Shown here piece by piece: positions 1-13,000 of a stretch of 64,000 bases of DNA. The DNA is taken from NCBI RefSeq assembly GCF_009914755.1, contig NC_060939.1; one strand, given 5' to 3'. Below the pieces are notes generated by a model. The model worked only from the letters and a program-made list of their open reading frames with translations, was not told the DNA's origin and made no database searches. How positions within the stretch are numbered: the first letter of the stretch is position 1; each line of letters starts with the position of its first letter. Origin of the DNA: the human T2T-CHM13v2.0 reference genome, Homo sapiens. A program made the translations under genes and the position numbers.

Positions 1-312
1 ACTTGATTCCTCTCCATTCCCTTCCACTGCATTCCGTTCGATTCCATTCCATTGCATTGCATTCCATTCCATTGGATTGCATTCCATTCGATTCCATTCC
101 ATTCGAATCAATTACATAGCAATCCATTACATTCGAGTCTATTCTCTTCCGTTCCATTCGATTTCGTTCCAATCCATTCGATTCCATTCCATTCGATTCC
201 ATTCCATACTATTGCATTCCATTCGATAACATTATATTCGAATAAGTTCCATTCAAGACCATTTCTTTTGAGTCCATTCTATTTGAGTCCATTCCCTTTG
301 ATTCCATAACAT

Positions 313-2120
313 TTGAGTCCATTCAATTCCATTCCTTTCGTTTCCATTCCATTTGATGCCATTCCATTCAATTCTGTTCTACTCGACTCCAATACATTCA
401 ATTCCATTCCATCCGATTCCATTACATTCTTTTCATTTCTTATCCATTTCAAGCCATTCCACTCCATTCCATTCCACTCGTTTCCTTTCCATTCGAGTCC
501 ATTCCTCTCCAGTCCATTCCGTTCAATCCATTCCATTCCAGTCCATTCCATTCGAGTCCGTTCCATTCCAGTCCATTCCATTCGAGTCAATTCCATTCCA
601 TTCGATGTCTTTCCATAACGATCCATTCCATTCTATTCCTTTCGATTCCATTCCATTCTATTTCATTCCATTCGATTCCCTTCCATTGGACTCCTTTCCA
701 TTCGAGTGCATTCCATTCCGTTCCATTTCTTTCCGTTCTGTACGATTCCTACCGTTCGATTTCATTTTGGTCCAGTCCATTCTTTTGCGTCCATTCCATT
801 CCATTTCACTCCATTCGATTCCATTCCACTCGATTCCACTTCGTTCCATTTCATTGCATTCCATTCTATTCAACTCTATTGCCTTCCATTCCATTCCATT
901 CGATTACATTCCATGCGATTCCATTCGAAATCGAATCAATTACATTGCAATCCATTAATATTGAGTCCATTTTATTCCAGTCCACTGCATTCTGGTCCAC
1001 TCCATTTGATTCCATTCCATTCTATTCCATTCCATACAGTTGCATTCCATTGGATTCCATGCTATATCTATAAATTCAATTCGAGACCATTGCTTTTGAG
1101 TCCATTCTATATGATTCCATTCCATTCAAGTCCATTACATTTGGTTAAATTCCATTCCATTCGGTTCAATTCCATTCCATTCCATTCCCTTCCATTCCAT
1201 TCCAGTTGATATCAATCCATTCGATTCCATTCCATTCGAGCACATTCCATTCGAGTCCATTCCATTCGATGCCATTCCATTTGATTCTATTCCATTAGTC
1301 TCCATTCAATTCCATTAATCTCCATTCCATTCCATTCTACTCCAACTGATTCCATTCCATTCTATTCCTTTTTATTCCATTCCATTCCATTCCATTCCAT
1401 TCCATTCCATTCCATTCCATTCGTGTCCATTCCACTCCAGTCCATTCCATTCGTATCCATTCCATTCCAGTCCATTCCATTTGTGTCCACTGCATTCCAT
1501 TCCACTCCATTCCATATTATTCCATTACACTCCATTCCATTCTATTACTTTCATTTCCATTCAATTCCATTCCATTTGATTCCATTCCACTCGGTTTCAT
1601 TCTATTTGAGTCCACTCCATTCCATTCCATTCCATTCAGTTCCATTCCATTCTGTTCCATTCCATTCCGTTCCATTACATTGCATTCCATTCGGTACCAT
1701 TCCATATTGTTCCATTCGATTCCATTCGAATCCATTCCATTCCAGTCCATTCCATTCGATTCCATTCCATTCATTTCAATTCCATTCCATTCCATTCCAT
1801 TACATTCCACTTGATTCCTCTCCATTCCCTTCCACTGCATTCCGTTCGATTCCATTCCATTGCATTGCATTCCATTCCATTGGATTGCATTCCATTCGAT
1901 TCCATTCCATTCGAATCAATTACATAGCAATCCATTACATTCGAGTCTATTCTCTTCCGTTCCATTCGATTTCGTTCCAATCCATTCGATTCCATTCCAT
2001 TCGATTCCATTCCATACTATTGCATTCCATTCGATTACATTATATTCGAATAAGTTCCATTCAAGACCATTTCTTTTGAGTCCATTCTATTTGAGTCCAT
2101 TCCCTTTGATTCCATAACAT
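313..2120 (+). repeat. Complete short (1808 bp) unit, reference copy
   Basis: Bounded by successive CCATAACATTTGAG landmarks and near-identical to 2121-3904. Carries the short-type variants GATGTCTTTCC, TTCCGTTCTGTACG, CAACTCTATTGCCTT and CGAAATCGAAT. Confidence 0.9.
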
Positions 2121-3904
2121 TTGAGTCCATTCAATTCCATTCCTTTCGTTTCCATTCCATTTGATGCCATTCCATTCAATTCTGTTCTACTCGACTCCAA
2201 TACATTCAATTCCATTCCATCCGATTCCATTACATTCTTTTCATTTCTTATCCATTTCAAGCCATTCCACTCCATTCCATTCCACTCGTTTCCTTTCCAT
2301 TCGAGTCCATTCCTCTCCAGTCCATTCCGTTCAATCCATTCCATTCCAGTCCATTCCATTCGAGTCCGTTCCATTCCAGTCCATTCCATTCGAGTCAATT
2401 CCATTCCATTAGATGTCTTTCCATAACGATCCATTCCATTCTATTCCTTTCGATTCCATTCCATTCTATTTCATTCCATTCGATTCCCTTCCATTGGACT
2501 CCTTTCCATTCGAGTGCATTCCATTCCGTTCCATTTCTTTCCGTTCTGTACGATTCCTACCGTTCGATTTCATTTTGTTCCAGTCCATTCCTTTCGCGTT
2601 CATTCCATTCCATTTCACTCCATTCGATTCCATTCCACTCGATTCCACTTCGTTCCATTTCATTGCATTCCATTCTATTCAACTCTATTGCCTTCCATTC
2701 CATTCCATTCGATTACATTCCATGCGATTCCATTCGAAATCGAATCAATTACATTGCAAACCATTACTATTGAGTCCGTTTTATTCCAGTCCACTGCATT
2801 CTGGTCCATTCCATTTGATTCCATTCCATTCTATTCCATTCCATACAGTTGCATTCCATTGGATTCCATGCTATATCTATAAATTCAATTCGAGACCATT
2901 GCTTTTGAGTCCATTCTATATGATTCCTTTCCATTCAATTCCATTACATTTGGTTCAATTCCATTCCATTCCATTCCCTTTCATTCCATTCCATTTGATA
3001 TCAATCCATTCGATTCCATTCCATTCGAGCACATTCCATTCGAGTCCATTCCATTCGATGCCATTCCATTTGATTCTATTCCATTACTCTCCATTCAATT
3101 CCATTAATCTCCATTCCATTCCATTCTACTCCAACTGATTCCATTCCATTCTATTCCTTTCCATTCCATTTCATTCCATTCCATTCCATACCATTCCATT
3201 CCATTCCATTCCAATCGTGTCCATTCCACTCCAGTCCATTCCATTCGTGTTCATTCCATTCCAATCCATTCCATTTGTGTCCACTGCATTCCATTCCACT
3301 CCATTCCATATTATTCCATTACACTCCATTCCATTCTATTACTTTCATTTCCATTCAATTCCATTCCATTTGATTCCATTCCACTCGGTTTCATTCCATT
3401 TGAGTCCACTCCATTCCATTCCATTCCATTCCATTCAGTTCCATTCCATTCCGTTCCATTACATTCCATTCCATTCGGTACCATTCCATATTGTTCCATT
3501 CGATTCCATTCGAATCCATTCCATTCCAGTCCATTCCATTCGATTCCATTCCATTCATTTCAATTCCATTCCATTCCATTCCATTACATTCCACTTGATT
3601 CCTCTCCATTCCCTTCCACTGTATTCCGTTCGATTCCATTCCATTGCATTGCATTCCATTCCATTGTATTGCATTCCATTCGATTCCATTCCATTCGAAT
3701 CAATTACATAGCAATCCATTACATTCGAGTCTGTTCTATTCCGTTCCATACGATTTCGTTCCAATCCATTCGATTCCATTCCATTCGATTCCATTCCATA
3801 CTATTGCATTCCATTCGATTAAATTATACTCGAATAAATTCCATTCAAGACCATTTCTGTTGAGTCCATTCTACTTGAGTCCATTCCCTTTGATTCCATA
3901 ACAT
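2121..3904 (+). repeat. Complete short (1784 bp) unit whose last ~200 bp switch to long-unit-type variants
   Basis: Same landmarks as the previous unit. From about 3730 it carries GAGTCTGTTCTATT, TAAATTATACTCG and TTTCTGTTGAG...CTACTTGAG, as in the long units. Confidence 0.85.
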
Positions 3905-4078
3905 TTGAGTCCATTCAATTCCATTCCTTTCGGTCCATTCCATTTGATGCCATTCCATTCAATTCTGTTCTACTCGACTCCAGTACATTCAATTCCATTC
4001 CATCCGGTTCCATTACATTCTTTTCATTTCTTATCCATTTCAAGCCATTCCATTCCATTCCATTCCATTCCACTCGTT

Positions 4079-4116
4079 TCCTTTCCATTCGAGTCCATTC
4101 CACTCCAGTCCATTCC
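4079..4116 (+). repeat. Left copy of the ~38 bp direct repeat bounding module B
   Basis: TCCTTTCCATTCGAGTCCATTCC(A)CTCCAGTCCATTCC. The right copy, with T at the bracketed base, is at 5771-5808. The next unit has copies at 7634-7671 and 9351-9388. Short units have a single copy (483-520). Confidence 0.7.
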
Positions 4117-5770
4117 ATTCGAATCCATTTCACTCCAGTCTATTCCATTCGAATCCATTTCACTCCAGTCCATTAAATTCGAGTACATTCCATTCCATTC
4201 TATTCAATGCCATTCCATTCGATTCTATTCCATTCGACACCATTCCTTTCCATTCCGTTCCATCCGATTCCATTCAATTCCATTCCATTGCATTCCATTC
4301 GTTTCCATTACATTCGAATTCATTCCACTCAAGTCCATTCCATTCGAGTCCATTCCATTCGATATCATTCCATACTATTGAATTCCATTCGATTCCATTG
4401 TTTTCGAATAAATTCCAACCGAGACCATTCCTTTCGTGTCCATTCTATTTGACTGCATTCCATTTGAGTCCATTAAATTTCTGCACATTCCATTCCTTTC
4501 CATTCCATTCCATTCCATTCCTTTCGGTGCCATTCCATTCCACTCTAATCCATTCAAGTCCATTCCATTTGAGTCCATTCCATTGATTCGATGCCATTAC
4601 ATTCAATTCTATTCCATTCGACTCCATTGCATTCCATTCCCTTCCAAACGATTCCATTCCATTCTATTACTTTCTATTCCAATCCATTCCATTCCGTTCC
4701 ATTCGTTTCCATTCCATTCGAGTCCACTCCATTCCAGTCCATTCCATTCGATTCCATTCCATTCCAGTCCATTCCATTCAAGTCCATTCCACTGCATTCC
4801 ATTCCATTCGATATCCTTCGATAACACCCCATTCCATTCTGCTCCTTACTATTCAATTCAATTCCATTCCATTTGATTACATTCCATTCGACTCCATTCC
4901 ATTCGACTCTATTCCATTCGAGTCCATTCCATTCGAGTCCATTCCATTCCATTCCATTGCATTCCGTTCCAATCCCTATTCCATTCCATTTTGTTACTGT
5001 CCATTCCATTTGAGTCCATTCCATGAGAAACCATTCCATTCGATTCCATTCCAATAGATTCCATTGCACTCGAATCCAGTGCGTTCCATTCCATTGCTTT
5101 CCATTCTATTACATTCCATTGCATTCCATTCCATTCCATTTGATTGCATTCCATTCAATTCCATTAATTTCGAATCAATTACATTGCAATCCATTGCATT
5201 CGAGTTCTATTCCAGTCCATTGCATTCCGGCGCATGCCGTTCCATTCCATTCCATTCGCTTCCGTTCCATTCGAATCGATTGCATTGCAATGCTTTACAT
5301 TCGAGTCCGTTTTATTCCAGTCCAATCCATTCCGGTCCATTCCGTTCGATTCCATTCCATTCGATGCCACTCCATACTATTGTATTTCATTCGATTCCAT
5401 TCTATTCAAATAAATTCCATTCGAGACCATTCCTTTCGAGTCCATTCTATTTGAGTCCATTCCATTCGAGTCCATTATATTTGGGTCCATTCCATTCAAT
5501 TCCATTGCAATCCATTCCAGTCGATGTCACTCCATTCATTTCTATTCCATTAGAGTCCATGTCATTCGAGTCCATTCCATTCTATTCTATTCCACTCCAT
5601 TTCATTCCATTCCACTCTATTCCATTCGTTGCCGTTCCATTCAATTCTATTATATTCCACTCCATTTACTTCCATTCCATTCTATCCAATTCCGTTCCAT
5701 TCTATTCCTTTAAAGTCCATTCCATTCCATTCCATTCGTTTCCATTCCATTCGAGTAAAGTCCACTCCAG
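4079..5770 (+). repeat. First copy of the ~1.7 kb extra module (module B), absent from short units
   Basis: Contains motifs not seen in the short units: AAATTTCTGCAC, TTTCGGTGCC, CCAAACG, GATAACACCCC, TTTTGTTACTGTCC, CCGGCGCAT, TTTGGGTCC, GAGTAAAGTCC. CCGGCGCAT occurs 17 times, from 5227 to 58259. Confidence 0.9.
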
Positions 5771-6750
5771 TCCTTTCCATTCGAGTCCATCCCTCTCCAG
5801 TCCATTCCGTTCAATCCATTCCATTCCAGTCCATTCCATTCGAGTCCGTTCCATTCCAGTCCATTCCATTCGAGTCAATTCCATTCCATTCGATATCTTT
5901 CCATAACGATCCATTCCATTCTATTCCTTTCGATTCCATTCAATTCCATTCTTTCTATTTCATTCCATTCGATTCCCTTCCATTGGACTCCTTTCCATTC
6001 GAGTGCATTCCATTCCGTTCCATTTCTTTCTGCTCTGTATGATTCCCACCGTTCGATTTCATTTTGTTCCAGTCTATTCCTTTCACGTCCATTCCATTCC
6101 ATTTCACTCCATTCGATTCCATTCCACTCGATTCCCCTCCGTTCCATTTCATTGCATTCCATTCTATTCAATTCTATTGCATTCCATTCCATTCCATTTG
6201 ATTACATTCCATGCGATTCCATTCGAATTCGAATCAATTACATTGAAATCCATTACTATTGAGTGCGTTTTATTCCAGTCCACTCCATTCTGGTCCATTC
6301 CATTTGATTCCATTCCATTCTATTCCATTCCGTACAGTTGCATTCCATTGGATTCCATTCTATATCTATAAATTCAATTCGAGACCATTGATTTTGAGTC
6401 CGTTCTATATGATTCCATTCCATTCAAGTCCATTACATTTGGTTCAATTCCATTCCATTCCATTCCCTTCCATTCCATTCCATTTGATATCAATCCATTC
6501 GAATCCATTCCATTCGAGCACATTCCATTCGAGTCCATTCCATTCGATGCCATTCCTTTTGATTCTATTCCATTAGTCTCCATTCAATTCCATTAATCTC
6601 CATTCCATTCCATTCTACTCCAACTGATTCCATTCCATTCTATTCCTTTCCATTCCATTTCATTCCATTCCATTCCATTCGCTTCCATTCCATTCGTGTC
6701 CATTCTACTCCAGTCCATTCCATTCGTGTCCATTCCATTCCAGTCCATTC

Positions 6751-6870
6751 CATTTGTGTCCACTGCATTCCATTCCACTCCATTCCATATTATTCCATTA
6801 CACTCCATTCCATTTGTGTCCACTGCATTCCATTCCACTCCATTCCATATTAATCCATTACACTCCATTC
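6751..6870 (+). repeat. 60 bp tandem duplication private to the first long unit
   Basis: CATTTGTGTCCACTGCATT...CCATTACACTCCATTC at 6751-6810 and 6811-6870, with one mismatch (TATT vs TAAT). Confidence 0.9.
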
Positions 6871-6950
6871 CATTCTATTACTTTCATTTCCATTCAGTTC
6901 CAATCCATTTGATTCCATTCCACTCGGTTTCACTCCATTTGAGTCCAGTC

Positions 6951-7005
6951 CATTCCATTCCATTCCATTCCATTCCATTCCATTCCATTCCATTCCATTC
7001 CATTC
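6951..7005 (+). repeat. Perfect (CATTC)11 tract upstream of the KpnI site, length-variable between units
   Basis: Direct reading of the sequence. The homologous tract has different copy numbers in other units. Confidence 0.85.
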
Positions 7006-10000
7006 TGTTCCATTCCATTCCATTCCATTCCATTCGGTACCATTCCATATTGTTCCATTCGATTCCATTCGATTCCATTCCATTCCAGTCCATTCCATTC
7101 TATTCCATTCCATTCCTTTCAATTCCATTCCATTCCATTCGATTCCACTTGATTCCACTCCATTCCCTTCCACTGCATTCCATTCGGTTCCATTCCATTG
7201 CATTGCATTCCATTCCATTGGATTGCATTCCATTCGATTCCATTCCATTCGAATCAATTACATAGCAATCCATTACATTCGAGTCTGTTCTATTCCGTTC
7301 CATTCGATTTCGTTCCAATCCATTCGATTCCATTCCATTCGATTCCATTCCATACTATTGCATTCCATTCGATTAAATTATACTCGAATAAATTCCATTC
7401 AAGACCATTTCTGTTGAGTCCATTCTACTTGAGTCCATTCCCTTTGATTCCATAACATTTGAGTCCATTCAATTCCATTCCTTTCGTTTCCATTCCATTT
7501 CATGCCATTCCATTCAATTCTGTTCTACTCGACTCCAGTACATTCAATTCCATTCCATCCGATTCCATTACATTCTTTTCATTTCTTATCCATTTCATGC
7601 CATTCCATTCCATTCCATTCCATTCCACTCGTTTCCTTTCCATTCGAGTCCATTCCACTCCAGTCCATTCCATTCGAATCCATTTCACTCCAGTCCATTC
7701 CATTCGAATCCATTTCACTCCAGTCCATTAAATTCGAGTACATTCCATTCCATTCTATTCAATGCCATTCCATTCGATTCTATTCCATTCGACACCATTC
7801 CTTTCCATTCCGTTCCATCCGATTCCATTCCATTGTATTCCATTCAATTCCATTCCATTGCATTCCATTCGTTTCCATTCCATTCGAATTCATTCCACTC
7901 AAGTCCATTCCATTCGAGTCCATTCCATTCGATATCATTCCATACTATTGAATTCCATTCTATTCCATTGTTTTCGAATAAATTCCAACCGAGACCATTC
8001 CTTTCGTGTCCATTCTATTTGACTGCATTCCATTTGAGTCCATTAAATTTCTGCACATTCCATTCCTTTCCATTCCATTCCATTCCATTCCTTTCGGTGC
8101 CATTCCATTCCACTCTAATCCATTCAAGTCCATTCCATTTGAGTCCATTCCATTGATTCGATGCCATTACATTCAATTCTATTCCATTCGACTCCATTGC
8201 ATTCCATTCCCTTCCAAACGATTCCATTCCATTCTATTACTTTCTATTCCAATCCATTCCATTCCGTTCCATTCGTTTCCATTCCATTCGAGTCCACTCC
8301 ATTCCAGTCCATTCCATTCGATTCCATTCCATTCCAGTCCATTCCATTCAAGTCCATTCCACTGCATTCCATTCCATTCGATATCCTTCGATAACACCCC
8401 ATTCCATTCTGCTCCTTAATATTCAATTCAATTCCATTCCATTTGATTCCATTCCATTTGATTACATTCCATTCGACTCCATTCCATTCGACTCTATTCC
8501 ATTCGAGTCCATTCCGTTCCATTCCATTGCATTCCGTTCCAATCCCTATTCCATTCCATTTTGTTACTGTCCATTCCATTTGAGTCCATTCCATGACAAA
8601 CCATTCCATTCGATTCCATTCCAATAGATTCCATTGCACTCGAATCCAGTGCGTTCCATTCCATTGCTTTCCATTCTATTACATTCCATTGCATTCCATT
8701 CCATTCCATTTGATTGCATTCCATTCAATTCCATTAATTTCGAATCAATTACATTGCAATCCATTGCATTCGAGTTCTATTCCAGTCCATTGCATTCCGG
8801 CGCATGCCGTTCCATTCCATTCCATTCGCTTCCGTTCCATTCGAATCGATTGCATTGCAATGCTTTACATTCGAGTCCGTTTTATTCCAGTCCAATCCAT
8901 TCCGGTCCATTCCGTTCGATTCCATTCCATTCGATGCCACTCCATACTATTGTATTTCATTCGATTCCATTCTATTCAAATAAATTCCATTCGAGACCAT
9001 TCCTTTCGAGTCCATTCTATTTGAGTCCATTCCATTCGAGTCCATTATATTTGGGTCCATTCCATTCAATTCCATTGCAATCCATTCCATTCGATGTCAC
9101 TCCATTCATTTCTATTCCATTAGAGTCCATGTCATTCGAGTCCATTCCATTCTATTCTATTCCACTCCATTTCATTCCATTCCACTCCATTCCATTCGTT
9201 GCCGTTCCATTCAATTCTATTATATTCCACTCCATTTACTTCCATTCCATTCCATTCCATTCCATTCTATCCAATTCCGTTCCATTCTATTCCTTTAAAG
9301 TCCATTCCATTCCATTCGTTTCCATTCCATTCGAGTAAAGTCCACTCCAGTCCTTTCCATTCGAGTCCATTCCTCTCCAGTCCATTCCGTTCAATCCATT
9401 CCATTCCAGTCCATTCCATTCGAGTCCGTTCCATTCCAGTCCATTCCATTCGAGTCAATTCCATTCCATTCGATATCTTTCCATAACGATCCATTCCATT
9501 CTATTCCTTTCGATTCCATTCAATTCCATTCTTTCTATTTCATTCCATTCGATTCCCTTCCATTGGACTCCTTTCCATTTGAGTGCATTCCATTCCGTTC
9601 CATTTCTTTCTGTTCTGTATGATTCCTACCGTTCGATTTCATTTTGTTCCAGTCTATTCCTTTCAAGTGCATTCCATTCCATTTCACTCCATTCGATTCC
9701 ATTCCACTCGATTCCACTCCGTTCCATTTCACTGCATTCCATTCTATTCAATTCTATTGCATTCCATTCCATTCCATTTGATTACATTCCATGCGATTCC
9801 ATTCGAATTCGAATCAATTACATTGAAATCCATTACTATTGAGTCCGTTTTATTCCAGTGCTCCATTCCATTTGATTCCATTCCATTCTATTCCATTCCG
9901 TACAGTTGCGTTCCATTGGATTCCGTTCTATATCTATAAATGCAACTTGAGACCATTGCTTTTGAGTCCATTCTATATGATTCCATTCCATTCAAGTCCA

Positions 10001-13000
10001 TTACATTTGGTTCAATTCCATTCCATTCCATTCCCTTCCATTCCATTCCATTTGATATCAATCCATACGATTCCATTCCATTCGAGCACATTCCATTCGA
10101 GTCCATTCCATTCGATGCCATTCCATTTGATTCTATTCCATTAGACTCCATTCAATTCCATTAATCTCCATTCCATTCCATTCTACTCCAACTGATTCCA
10201 TTCCATTCTATTCCTTTCCATTCCATTCCATTCCATTCCATTCGCTTCCATTCCATTCGTGTCCATTCCACTCCAGTCCATTCCATTCGTGTCCATTCCA
10301 TTCCAGTCCATTCCATTTGTGTCCACTGCATTCCATTCCACTCCATTCCATATTATTCCATTACACTCCATTCCATTCTATTACTTTCATTTCCATTCAG
10401 TTCCATTCCATTTGATTCCATTCCACTCGGTTTCACTCCATTTGAGTCCATTCCATTCCATTCCATTCCATTCCATTCCATTCCATTCTGTTCCATTCCA
10501 TTCCATTCCATTCCATTGGGTACCATTCCATATTGTTCCATTCGATTCCATTCGAATCCATTCCATTCCAGTCCATTCCATTCGATTCCATTCCATTCCA
10601 TTCGATTCCACTTGAATCCACTCCATTCCCTTCCACTGCATTCCATTCGATTCCATTCCATTGCATTGCATTCCATTCCATTGGATTGCATTCCATTCGA
10701 TTCCATTCCATTCGAATCAATTACATAGCAATCCATTACATTCGAGTCTGTTCTATTCCGTTCCATTCGATTTCGTACCAATCCATTTGATTCCATTCCA
10801 TTCGATTCCATTCCATACTATTGCATTCCATTCGATTAAATTATACTCGAATAAGTTCCATTCAAGACCATTTCTGTTGAGTCCATTCTACTTGAGTCCA
10901 TTCCCTTTGATTCCATAACATTTGAGTCCATTCAATTCCATTCCTTTCGTTTCCATTCCATTTGATGCCATTCCATTCAATTCTGTTCTACTCGACTCCA
11001 ATACATTCAATTCCATTCCATCCGATTCCATTACATTCTTTTCATTTCTTATCCATTTCAAGCCATTCCATTCCATTCCATTCCATTCCACTCGTTTCCT
11101 TTCCATTCGAGTCCATTCCACTCCAGTCCATTCCATTCGAATCCATTTCACTCCAGTCCATTCCATTCGAATCCATTTCACTCCAGTCCATTAAATTCGA
11201 GTATATTCCATTCCATTCTATTCAATGCCATTCCATTCGATTCTATTCCATTCGACACCATTCCTTTCCATTCCGTTCCATCCGATTCCATTCCATTGTA
11301 TTCCATTCAATTCCATTCCATTGCATTCCATTCGTTTCCATTCCATTCGAATTCATTCCACTCAAGTCCATTCCATTCGAGTCCATTCCATTCGATATCA
11401 TTCCATACTATTGAATTCCATTCGATTCCATTGTTTTCGAATAAATTCCAACCGAGACCATTCCTTTCGTGTCCATTCTATTTGACTGCATTCCATTTGA
11501 GTCCATTAAATTTCTGCACATTCCATTCCTTTCCATTCCATTCCATTCCATTCCTTTCGGTGCCATTCCATTCCACTCTAATCCATTCAAGTCCATTCCA
11601 TTTGAGTCCATTCCATTGATTCGATGCCATTACATTCAATTCTATTACATTCGACTCCATTGCATTCCATTCCCTTCCAAACGATTCCATTCCATTCTAT
11701 TAATTTCTATTCCAATCCATTCCATTCCGTTCCATTCGTTTCCATTCCATTCGAGTCCACTCCATTCCAGTCCATTCCATTCGATTCCATTCCATTCCAG
11801 TCCATTCCATTCAAGTCCATTCCACTGCATTCCATTCCATTCGATATCCTTCGATAACTCCCCATTCCATTCTGCTCCTTAATATTCAATTCAATTCCAT
11901 TCCATTTGATTCCATTCCATTTGATTACATTCCATTCGACTCCATTCCATTCGACTCTATTCCATTCGAGTCCATTCCATTCCATTCCATTGCATTCCGT
12001 TCCAATCCCTATTCCATTCCATTTTGTTACTGTCCATTCCATTTGAGTCCATTCCATGCCAAACAATTCCATTCGATTCCATTCCAATAGATTCCATTGC
12101 ACTCGAATCCAGTGCGTTCCATTCCATTGCTTTCCATTCTATTACATTCCATTGCATTCCATTCAATTCCATTAATTTCGAATCAATTACATTGCAATCC
12201 ATTGCATTCGAGTTCTATTCCAGTCCATTGCATTCCGGCGCATGCCGTTCCATTCCATTCCATTCGCTTCCGTTCCATTCGAATCAATTGCATTGCAATG
12301 CTTTACATTCGAGTCCGTTTTATTCCAGTCCAATCCATTCCGGTCCATTCCGTTCGATTCCATTCCATTCGATGCCACTCCATACTATTGTATTTCATTC
12401 GATTCCATTCTATTCAAATAAATTCCATTCGAGACCATTCCTTTCGAGTCCATTCTATTTGAGTCCATTCCATTCGAGTCCATTATATTTGGGTCCATTC
12501 CATTCAATTCCATTGCAATCCATTCCATTCGATGTCACTCCATTCATTTCTATTCCATTAGAGTCCATGTCATTCGAGTCCATTCCATTCTATTCTATTC
12601 CACTCCATTTCATTCCATTCCACTCCATTCCATTCGTTGCCGTTCCATTCAATTCTATTATATTCCACTCCATTTACTTCCATTCCATTCCATTCCATTC
12701 TATCCAATTCCGTTCCATTCTATTCCTTTAAGGTCCATTCCATTCCATTCCATTCGTTTCCATTCCATTCGAGTAAAGTCCACTCCAGTCCTTTCCATTC
12801 GAGTCCATTCCTCTCCAGTCCATTCCGTTCAATCCATTCCATTCCAGTCCATTCCATTCGAGTCCGTTCCATTCCAGTCCATTCCATTCGAGTCAATTCC
12901 ATTCCATTCGATATCTTTCCATAACGATCCATTCCATTCTATTCCTTTTGATTCCATTCAATTCCATTCTTTCTATTTCATTCCATTCGATTCCCTTCCA

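Larger units (their letters stand above)
1..4078 (+). repeat. Left domain of ~1.8 kb higher-order units (D15Z1/HSat3A5-like KpnI repeat)
   Basis: The TTG of landmark CCATAACATTTGAGTCC recurs at 313, 2121 and 3905 (periods 1808 and 1784). KpnI GGTACC lies at 1693 and 3477 (1784 apart). A 1.8 kb KpnI satellite III repeat is the established description of D15Z1 on chr15; assigning this window to it is inference. Confidence 0.8.

Noticed and set aside
1062-1080. TATAAA and AATAAA motifs recurring in the units as promoter or poly(A) signals
   Set aside because: These are short AT-rich pentamer variants within the ancestral signature block, with no supporting context. They cannot be called without transcript-end data.
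5163-5185. TAATTTCGAATCA as a DUX4-type site
   Set aside because: The half-site spacing is 2 bp longer than the TAAYYYAATCA consensus.
4079-5808. Module B as a transposon with target-site duplications
   Set aside because: It is itself CATTC satellite, with no terminal inverted repeats, LTRs, poly(A) tail or coding capacity.
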